Source of the DNA: a phage
Length of the DNA: 64,000 nucleotides
Direction: 5' to 3' (one strand)
Sequence record: PZ212788.1
Position numbers and translations under genes: made by a program. Under the pieces are notes generated by a model. That model saw only the letters and a list, made by a program, of their open reading frames with translations, was not told the DNA's origin and ran no database searches. Each line of letters opens with the position of its first letter. The first letter of the stretch is position 1. Positions 40,468 to 47,684 of the stretch are shown one piece after another.

Positions 40468-41046
40468 ATGAAAGATGGTAAGCTCTACTACTACGGTGTA
40501 GAGATGCGATCCACCATTGCAAAGAAAATTGAGAAAGATTATGCAGACGGAACGCTGGATGACCGCTATGTGAAATTCCTCGTTCGCCTGCTACGCAATC
40601 CTTCTGCAAAATCTGTAAACATGCTCTACGATTTTATGCAGGCCAACGATATCCAGATTGCAGAAGATGGTCGAATCATTTGCTACAAAGGGGTTCAGTT
40701 TAACGGCAGCAAGTGGGTAGATTGGCACAGTGGTAAAGTTCCACAATACCAGGGTGCTTTTGTATCCATGCCTCGTAACTTTGTAGAGGATGATCCGGAA
40801 GCTGCGTGCTCCTATGGCTTACACTGCGCCAGCAAAGAGTATGCAAAGAGCTACGGCACTGTAATGACTGTCATGGTTGACCCTGCAGATGTGGTTAGTG
40901 TGCCATACCAACACAATAGCGCCAAGTGCCGTGCATGCCGCTATGAGATTGTGGTAGCTCCGGAAGCACGCAAAGATGGAGACCCTATTGAATATGTAGT
41001 TGATCGTGACGGTAACACTATCGACATTCTTTACGAGGAGGCGTAA
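40468..41046 (+). CDS. rIIB: rIIB-like protein, C-terminal portion (192 aa from first ATG after the TAG)
   Basis: FLVRLLRNPSAKSVNMLYDFMQANDIQIAEDG, CSYGLHCASKEYAKSYG and DPADVVSVPYQHNSAKCRACRYEIV match the recalled T4 rIIB C-terminal domain. Confidence 0.7.
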   Translation: MKDGKLYYYGVEMRSTIAKKIEKDYADGTLDDRYVKFLVRLLRNPSAKSVNMLYDFMQANDIQIAEDGRIICYKGVQFNGSKWVDWHSGKVPQYQGAFVSMPRNFVEDDPEAACSYGLHCASKEYAKSYGTVMTVMVDPADVVSVPYQHNSAKCRACRYEIVVAPEARKDGDPIEYVVDRDGNTIDILYEEA

Positions 41047-42416
41047 TGGAAAAAGGGCAGTATGATGTAGGCACAGATGCTGCCCTCGTTGCAATCATGA
41101 GCGGTGAGAATGTCTTCGTTTCAGGACCTGCAGGTTGTGGGAAGACGTATCTCATCAACATGATCCAGTCGATGTATGGAGACTCTTGCATAACGGTTGC
41201 CCCGACAGGGGTAGCCGCTTTAAACGTTAATGGAGCAACAGCACACCGAACCTTCGATCTTGCAGCAGGTGTGAGCATGGAGTCAGACTGGACCGCAATA
41301 AGGGCAAAAACAGCAAAGCCTTTGAAAAGCAAGGCATTTACCATCCTAATTATCGATGAAATCTCTATGATCCGTGCTGATAAGTTTATAGAGATGGATA
41401 GGAAACTCCGCTTCCTTCGAAAAAATGACAAACCTTTCGGAGGCATACAGGTCATATTGTTTGGCGATTTTTACCAGGCACCTCCTGTTGTCTCTTCTAT
41501 GGAGAAGGAAGCCTACTTCAACTTCTACCATACGGACCTGTGTTGCTATACCGAATCTTGGAAAGAGCTTGACCTCCACAACATAGCCCTAATAGATCAG
41601 TTCCGACAGGAGTCTATTCGATTTGCTACAATGCTCAACTGTGTTCGTGAGGGTCGTCGCATAAAAGAGGTTGTAGCAGAACTTAATGCTCGCTGTTACA
41701 AAGGAGGTGTACCAACAGACGCTCTCACAATTTGCGCCACCAACAAACAAGCAGAGGAAGTGAACAGAAGGTTCTATGATGCCATCAACGCCCCAGAGAA
41801 GGTATACACTGGTGAAATGAAGGGTAAGTTTCCCTCCACCCTGCCAGTTGAGCAGGAGATGAAGTTGAAAATTGGCATGAAAGTTATGATAACCGCCAAC
41901 GATGTTGACCCGACGCACAAAGTACCTTATTATGTTAACGGAACACGTGCTACAATTGTTAAATTTAAGAACAAGGCGGTGGTGGTAGAGCTTGAAGATG
42001 GAACACAGGTTGACATAGAGCAGAGGTTGTGGGAGAATAACGAGTATAAGCCATCCCAGAGATACAACATTGCAGAAAGGAAGATGGAGAAGTTTATAGA
42101 GAGGGTAGTGATTGGGTCATACAAGCAACTTCCTCTGAAATCTGGGTACGCTGTAACATCTCATAAAAGTCAAGGACTTACACTAGATTGTTACAACCTA
42201 GACCTTGGAAAGAACGGAGCTTTCTCTCCTGGGATGACGTATGTCGCTTTGAGTAGAGTTAAGACAATACAAGGAATAAACTTGTTGCGTCCACTAAGAG
42301 AGGTTGACATTATTGTTGACCCGCGAGTCGTAGAGTTTTACAATACAACATTCCCTGACTTAGACAAAATTGTCAGGAAAGATTTTGAAACCAGAGCAGA
42401 AGAGGGGGACGTATGA
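41046..42416 (+). CDS. Dda/Pif1-like superfamily 1 DNA helicase
   Basis: Walker A VSGPAGCGKTY, Walker B ILIIDEISM, C-terminal TSHKSQGLT motif. Confidence 0.8.
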   Translation: MEKGQYDVGTDAALVAIMSGENVFVSGPAGCGKTYLINMIQSMYGDSCITVAPTGVAALNVNGATAHRTFDLAAGVSMESDWTAIRAKTAKPLKSKAFTILIIDEISMIRADKFIEMDRKLRFLRKNDKPFGGIQVILFGDFYQAPPVVSSMEKEAYFNFYHTDLCCYTESWKELDLHNIALIDQFRQESIRFATMLNCVREGRRIKEVVAELNARCYKGGVPTDALTICATNKQAEEVNRRFYDAINAPEKVYTGEMKGKFPSTLPVEQEMKLKIGMKVMITANDVDPTHKVPYYVNGTRATIVKFKNKAVVVELEDGTQVDIEQRLWENNEYKPSQRYNIAERKMEKFIERVVIGSYKQLPLKSGYAVTSHKSQGLTLDCYNLDLGKNGAFSPGMTYVALSRVKTIQGINLLRPLREVDIIVDPRVVEFYNTTFPDLDKIVRKDFETRAEEGDV

Positions 42417-42754
42417 GTTTGTGGAGAAATATCGTTAACTACGTGTGCGGCAATCCAACTCCTGAAGAGAAGGATGTTGTGATTCACGATTTTACTAAAA
42501 GATCTCGTGAAAAAGATCTACTGCTAACAAAGGTGACTGATAAAGATCCTGCAGTAGGGGACTGGGCAGGTTTTGCGTTTACATCGGACAAATACACCTT
42601 TAACAAAGGTGACTACCTTGTTGTGGATTTTAACGAAGACATTGAGGGTGCTGAACCTTACTATCAAACCCTTATTGTTGCAGGGTGTGTTGATCTCTCT
42701 GCAGGCATGCACAGTTTGATTCTTTTTGAGCTTGACTCTGAAGACCTTGAGTAG
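42413..42754 (+). CDS. Hypothetical protein (113 aa)
   Basis: Overlapping start ATGA; RBS GAGGGGGA. Confidence 0.45.
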   Translation: MSLWRNIVNYVCGNPTPEEKDVVIHDFTKRSREKDLLLTKVTDKDPAVGDWAGFAFTSDKYTFNKGDYLVVDFNEDIEGAEPYYQTLIVAGCVDLSAGMHSLILFELDSEDLE

Positions 42755-42770
42755 TAAGATGTGAGTATAA
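42742..42770 (+). promoter_or_regulatory. Sigma70-type promoter
   Basis: -35 TTGACT, 17-nt spacer, -10 TAAGAT, spanning the stop of the upstream gene. Confidence 0.5.
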
Positions 42771-42781
42771 AGGGGAGGCAC

Positions 42782-42799
42782 TCCTCCCCACAAAAACTA
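42782..42799 (+). promoter_or_regulatory. 5'-proximal mRNA stem-loop
   Basis: GGGGAGG-CACT-CCTCCCC with no U-tract, about 5 nt downstream of the predicted start site. Confidence 0.45.
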
Positions 42800-42814
42800 A
42801 GGAAGCACTAAACG

Positions 42815-43117
42815 ATGAAACGTTATAAACCATACACTTTTGAAATCGATTTCGAACTTGACGATATGTTTACTGTGGAAGCTCAGGCAGTTGTCCAGTT
42901 GCCAGACTCGGAGTGCCGTGACTCTGATGTTGACTATTACGGGTTTAGACAAATTACCGATGTGCGTGTTTACCACAACGGTGAAGAGGTGGACTTCCAC
43001 CAACTGCCAAACGATATGCGCCACTCAATTTACAAACGTGCAGCCCGTGAACTAGAGTCCTATCTGGATGCAGCGACGACAGCAGCTGCATTTGCTGAAG
43101 AAGTGGGAGGTTTCTGA
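42815..43117 (+). CDS. Hypothetical protein (100 aa)
   Basis: RBS AAGGAAG. Confidence 0.45.
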   Translation: MKRYKPYTFEIDFELDDMFTVEAQAVVQLPDSECRDSDVDYYGFRQITDVRVYHNGEEVDFHQLPNDMRHSIYKRAARELESYLDAATTAAAFAEEVGGF

Positions 43118-43512
43118 TGATTACAGGTGTGAAGATTATCCAATACCACTTAACCAAATTGGAAGATGCTGAAAAAGAGCTTGCAGAAGTTCTGAATAGT
43201 GGATATACTTTGCTATCATGCGCCTGCTCAGACACATACGCTGTGTGGACACTTATCCGGAAGGAAGAGCCTGCGGGGATCTTGGTGCCAAACCCTAAGA
43301 TCATTAGTGAGGTGGATGACTACGCTCAGGACGGCCTGCCAGAAGGCTGGGAAGTATGGGAAGGTGGTGAAAACCCTGCACCAGGTAAGTGGGTAAAATA
43401 CAAACTGCGTAGTGGCGCACAGTACGCTGACTATTCTGATGACCTGGACTGGAGTCATTCTTCACCAGAATCATCTGCAAGTTCCTATGATATCATAGCT
43501 TTTAAGGAATAA
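43117..43512 (+). CDS. Hypothetical protein (131 aa)
   Basis: RBS GGAGG; overlapping start. Confidence 0.45.
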   Translation: MITGVKIIQYHLTKLEDAEKELAEVLNSGYTLLSCACSDTYAVWTLIRKEEPAGILVPNPKIISEVDDYAQDGLPEGWEVWEGGENPAPGKWVKYKLRSGAQYADYSDDLDWSHSSPESSASSYDIIAFKE

Positions 43513-43524
43513 GGAGAAGGTGGT

Positions 43525-44007
43525 ATGTCAGATTTTATGTGGAAAGTTGGTTATTCCTCCCCTGAAATGTGTAAGGCCTGTTTTGTGAAAATAGGTCGCG
43601 AGGATATCGACAAAGTGATTCTTAAGTTTCGTGATGTGGCTGTAATCGGCAACCGAGTGCTTAAGCACTTAAAGAATCTGAAGCTCACCAAAAAGAAGTT
43701 CTTTGGACTTTTCGAAGAGAAGGTTGATGCTTGGACCCATTGCATTCAGGAAGCTAAATCTCACTACAGTGCTATCATTACCCCAGAACGGGTAGCCAAG
43801 ATGGAAGGATTCATCAACAGCACAGAGTTTGAGTGCCTGAAAGCTGCACTTGATAGTTATCCGAAATGCCTCAAGCACTTGGACAAGTATGTAGAAAAGG
43901 ATGGGGAAATGTACCTAACCCTGGACGCATATTATGAGATGCAAGAAATTTTAAATTTAGATTTGACATTGGTATCCACCGAGTATACAATAGGTATCCA
44001 GGTTTAA
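43525..44007 (+). CDS. Hypothetical protein (160 aa)
   Basis: RBS AAGGAGAAGG. Confidence 0.45.
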   Translation: MSDFMWKVGYSSPEMCKACFVKIGREDIDKVILKFRDVAVIGNRVLKHLKNLKLTKKKFFGLFEEKVDAWTHCIQEAKSHYSAIITPERVAKMEGFINSTEFECLKAALDSYPKCLKHLDKYVEKDGEMYLTLDAYYEMQEILNLDLTLVSTEYTIGIQV

Positions 44008-44013
44008 CACTAG

Positions 44014-44041
44014 GCCCTGCCCGAAAGGGTGGGGCTTTTTG
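44014..44041 (+). terminator. Rho-independent terminator
   Basis: GCCCTGCCC-GAAA-GGGTGGGGC stem-loop followed by TTTTTG; same hairpin recurs at 55519. Confidence 0.75.
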
Positions 44042-44058
44042 CATTAGGAGACAGCAAA

Positions 44059-44823
44059 TTGAAATTCATCTACAAAGAACACTACCACAAAGGTGTTGTG
44101 TGGAGTCTATTTGACGGGTCTGGTGGTGCAGTTATTGACTGGGCAAAAGCTGGGTACCTGTGCCTGTGCTTTAATGCAGAAGGTGCTGACCACGGCAGTT
44201 ATGCAGAGGTGATAACCGATCATCCTAACATTCACTATGTGGATTATTGGATTGACCCATGGTTCCCTCAGGAAACTTTTTGCATGTATCCAGCTCCAGA
44301 CTTTATTCTTGCATTTCCTCCGTGCACGCATTTAGCGGTATCAGGTGCTGCACATTTTAAGAAAAAGCTGGCTAAGGATCCTTTGATCCAAATTAATGCT
44401 GTAAAGGATGCTCGGGTTGCGGAAGAGTTGGGAGAGATTTACGATTGCCCGTGGCATGTAGAGAATCCTGTAGGGGTTATGTCCACACTGTGGCGAAAAC
44501 CTGATTACCGTTTTCATCCTTCGGATTATGGTGGGTATTTACCGGAGGATGATGTAAACCCCTGGTTTCCTGAATTTATAGCTCCACGTGATGCCTATCC
44601 AAAAATAACTTGCGGCTGGATAGGCAATGGATTTATAATCCCGGCCACAAAACCTGTCCCGCAAATAGTTGACGCGGTTAGCGGGTATTCCATGCAACAC
44701 GCCAAGCTGGGTGGAAAGAGTGCAAGAACGAAGATGATCCGAAGCCTCACGCCACGTGGCTGGGCAAAAGCCGTATTCTTAGCAAACGAGCCTGTAGTAA
44801 GGAGCAGAATTAATGGGAAGTAA
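44059..44823 (+). CDS. C5-cytosine methyltransferase-like protein, atypical and short (254 aa)
   Basis: TTG 44059 with RBS AGGAGA preferred over GTG 44029 inside the terminator stem; motif I-like LFDGSGG, motif IV-like FPPCT, motif VI-like VENPVG. Confidence 0.4.
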   Translation: MKFIYKEHYHKGVVWSLFDGSGGAVIDWAKAGYLCLCFNAEGADHGSYAEVITDHPNIHYVDYWIDPWFPQETFCMYPAPDFILAFPPCTHLAVSGAAHFKKKLAKDPLIQINAVKDARVAEELGEIYDCPWHVENPVGVMSTLWRKPDYRFHPSDYGGYLPEDDVNPWFPEFIAPRDAYPKITCGWIGNGFIIPATKPVPQIVDAVSGYSMQHAKLGGKSARTKMIRSLTPRGWAKAVFLANEPVVRSRINGK

Positions 44824-46891
44824 ATTTATGGCATCTGCATACAACCGTTTCGGTGAGCCAAACCCGAAAGCAACTAAGTATAAAAGTGGGGGAAGTGTGA
44901 AACGAGACTATCGTGATGAAAAAGAGGTTGAAACTGTAGAGACTGTTTTAGAAAATACTAAAATTGTCCCTGTCCCACAACAAAATATCGGTCTGATGGC
45001 TGCACAATATTTTGGTGTGCGATCAGCATTGTCACAAGAAGACGGTGTGACAGTCACTGCAACATATTTCCCATATTACGACCGCTACGGAAATCTGTCC
45101 GGTTTCAAAAAGCGTGACTGGACTATTCCTAAAGAACAAAGGGGCCACTTCTCCGTTGTTGGCATCGTAAAGGCCAACTCCCAGATGTTTGGTCAAAAGC
45201 TGTGTGCATCTTCCAACAACCGTAAGCAGATTAACGTTTGTGAGGGAGAAGGTGATGTTATTGCAGCATGGCAGGCTGCATATCAGATACAAGTAAAAGG
45301 GATTCTCACCAACGCTAAAGCCCCGGCAAAGGTGAAGCAGTGGGCTAAAGAGGTCCAGGACGGGATCGACGCAGTTATCAACGGTGGTGATCTGGCAGGA
45401 AAACCCTGCCTGCCTTTTGTTGGAATTAACTGTGGATGTGCAAACGCAGTAGATACTTTTGCAAACAATGAGAAGTTTATCCGTAGCTATGGAACAGTTG
45501 TGCTGGCAATGGATAACGATGCAGCTAACGAGGTAGAGAAGCAAAAACACGTCATTAAAGGTGTTGAGGCCACGCACAATATCGCAGCATTTTTGATGGC
45601 TGATAACGTTTACCACGTAGAATACCCTGGTGAAGTAAATGACCCTGACGGGGTAAAAGATATCCGTGACATGCTGAAGGCTAAAAAGCTGGAAGATATT
45701 GTCAACATGTTCCGGCATCCTGTTAAATATGTGCCTGATGCTGTGTCGGACTTAGAAGACTTCTCTATCGAGTCTTTGCGGAAAAAGACTTCCAACGGGG
45801 TAGATATCAGCGCAGAGTTCCCAAAACTGCAAAAAATGCTAAAAGGCTTGCACAAAGGGACACTCGTAATGCTTACAGGTCCATCAGGCGGTGGTAAAAC
45901 AACCGTGGCTAAAAAACTGGAACACTGTATTGCAAGATATCTAATGGACCCGACATGCCCGAAGGCTGATGACTATGAAGAGGATGATCGTCTATGTATG
46001 ATCCATCTTGAGGAGGACCCAGAGGAAGCAATTAACTCCTTGTATGCAAACCAGTTAGGGTTTGATGTTAAAGAGTTTGTTGAAGATCCTAGCCAGTTTT
46101 TAACTGATCAAGAACACGCAGAGATTCACCAATCATGGGCAAAAGCTGGAAAAATCAAAGTGTTCAAACATTTCGGATCTATTCCGGTGGACGAGTTGAT
46201 TACTAAGCTTAAGCAAATGGTTTGCCTGTACCATTGTCGTTATATTGTGCTGGATCACCTGTCCATGGTAATTTCAGGGCTTAATGTTAAAGATGAGCGA
46301 AAAGAACTGGACATGGCTATGACCCAACTGGCTGCGTTTTGTAAGCAGTTTAACGTGTTTATCTTGGTGATCGCTCACCTCAAACGTACAGAGATTGTGC
46401 CTCCTAAGGACAAGGATGGTAACCCATTACCTTTCTGGTATCCTGTGCGAAAAGAGAATTTGCGAGGATCGGCTGGGCTTGAACAGTTGAGTTGGGTAGT
46501 CATAGGTGTCGAGGCCGAAGAAATGGTGGATCGTTCTCGTGGGCGTGTCCGTCTGGTAGGTCTTAAAAACCGTCCAGCAAAAACTTTAGGTATTGCTGAC
46601 ACTTTAGTTATGGATCCGCATACAGGTAAGTTCCATGATGCCAGTAATTGGTACTGGGACAAAGAAATGCAGATGTTTACAGACGGAGAAGGTGGGGAGG
46701 TTGTTTGGAGACCTCAGGCCATGTTTGAGGACCAAGAGCATGCAGTTGTAGAAACACCTATGGGCAAGGTTGTAGCCGATAAGGTTGTAACTCCTACTAT
46801 TAAGCCTGTTGACACGCAGGAAGACCTCCAGTACGATGATCCATCCTCTGACCCGGTCCCTGGTTTTGAGGATGATGAAACGCCTTTTTAA
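44813..46891 (+). CDS. Primase-helicase, T7 gp4-like (Toprim plus RecA-type hexameric helicase)
   Basis: Toprim VCEGEGDVIAAW and LAMDNDAAN; Walker A GPSGGGKTT; Walker B and arginine finger region IVLDHLSMV...IAHLKR; no N-terminal zinc ribbon seen. Confidence 0.8.
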   Translation: MGSKFMASAYNRFGEPNPKATKYKSGGSVKRDYRDEKEVETVETVLENTKIVPVPQQNIGLMAAQYFGVRSALSQEDGVTVTATYFPYYDRYGNLSGFKKRDWTIPKEQRGHFSVVGIVKANSQMFGQKLCASSNNRKQINVCEGEGDVIAAWQAAYQIQVKGILTNAKAPAKVKQWAKEVQDGIDAVINGGDLAGKPCLPFVGINCGCANAVDTFANNEKFIRSYGTVVLAMDNDAANEVEKQKHVIKGVEATHNIAAFLMADNVYHVEYPGEVNDPDGVKDIRDMLKAKKLEDIVNMFRHPVKYVPDAVSDLEDFSIESLRKKTSNGVDISAEFPKLQKMLKGLHKGTLVMLTGPSGGGKTTVAKKLEHCIARYLMDPTCPKADDYEEDDRLCMIHLEEDPEEAINSLYANQLGFDVKEFVEDPSQFLTDQEHAEIHQSWAKAGKIKVFKHFGSIPVDELITKLKQMVCLYHCRYIVLDHLSMVISGLNVKDERKELDMAMTQLAAFCKQFNVFILVIAHLKRTEIVPPKDKDGNPLPFWYPVRKENLRGSAGLEQLSWVVIGVEAEEMVDRSRGRVRLVGLKNRPAKTLGIADTLVMDPHTGKFHDASNWYWDKEMQMFTDGEGGEVVWRPQAMFEDQEHAVVETPMGKVVADKVVTPTIKPVDTQEDLQYDDPSSDPVPGFEDDETPF

Positions 46892-46894
46892 TGT
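46866..46894 (+). promoter_or_regulatory. Putative weak sigma70-type promoter
   Basis: -35 TTGAGG, 17-nt spacer, -10 TAATGT overlapping the primase-helicase stop codon. Confidence 0.3.
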
Positions 46895-46906
46895 TTAACA
46901 AAGAGT

Positions 46907-46932
46907 GGGAGGGGTAGTACAACCGCCTCCCC
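46907..46932 (+). promoter_or_regulatory. Stem-loop upstream of the HNH gene
   Basis: GGGAGG...CCTCCC arms with a 13-nt loop followed by only TTT; weak terminator or 5' hairpin. Confidence 0.3.
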
Positions 46933-46949
46933 TTTAAGGAGAACACTTT

Positions 46950-47684
46950 ATGAACGAGTTCAGAGATCACTGTGTAGCCAATCACTTGTGGTCAGAAATA
47001 TTGGAGTATGACGGTCAAAATCTTTTTTGGAAGATAGACATTCTGGCAGGTAGCGGTGTAGGATATGTTAAAACTTCAGCAGGCTCCAGAGCCGACAAGG
47101 GGCAAGATGCTGATGGCAGGCCTGTGGTTAGCCTAGGAAAGCATTGCACTAAAGGTGCCCACGTCATAATTTGGGAAATGTTTAACGGTCCTGTACCGGA
47201 AGGGTATGAGGTTGACCACATCAAGGAGATAAGGGAAACAGGTGGTGTGGCTGATAACAGTATTCAAAATTTGCAACTACTCGAGCCCACAGATAACAAA
47301 AAGAAAAGTTGCAAGATACCTCGTAGCAACAACAAATCTGGCAGGGTCGGGGTGCACTATTCTGAAGAAAGAGAGGCATGGGTAGCTCAAGGCACAGACT
47401 CTGTAGGGGAAAGGGTCTGGCTAGGCCAGTACAGAACTTTCGAAGAGGCAGAGTGGGCAAGAAAGTTCTTCGAAGATAATGGTTTTTCGCACAAGAGTGG
47501 AAGAGCCGTGCAGTATAATAACACCAGCGGTTGCTCAGGGGTGAATTGGGATAAAACCCATGAGAGATGGGTAGCCAGAATTTATGTAGATGGTAAAAGG
47601 AAATGCCTTGGGTATTTCAAGAATAGGGACGATGCAATAGCTGCAAGAAAGAATGCTGAGAAGAAACAGGAGGAGACAGTATGA
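46950..47684 (+). CDS. HNH homing endonuclease with AP2-type DNA-binding domains
   Basis: HNH core EGYEVDHIKE...NSIQNLQLL; two AP2-like repeats SGRVGVHYSEEREAWVAQ and SGCSGVNWDKTHERWVARIY; inserted between primase-helicase and polymerase. Confidence 0.8.
   Translation: MNEFRDHCVANHLWSEILEYDGQNLFWKIDILAGSGVGYVKTSAGSRADKGQDADGRPVVSLGKHCTKGAHVIIWEMFNGPVPEGYEVDHIKEIRETGGVADNSIQNLQLLEPTDNKKKSCKIPRSNNKSGRVGVHYSEEREAWVAQGTDSVGERVWLGQYRTFEEAEWARKFFEDNGFSHKSGRAVQYNNTSGCSGVNWDKTHERWVARIYVDGKRKCLGYFKNRDDAIAARKNAEKKQEETV

Larger units (their letters stand above)
39841..41046 (+). other. rIIB: Composite rIIB reading frame interrupted by a single TAG at 40420-40422
   Basis: No other stop in frame between 39841 and 41046; rIIB-like similarity continues on both sides of the TAG. 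Confidence 0.6.
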
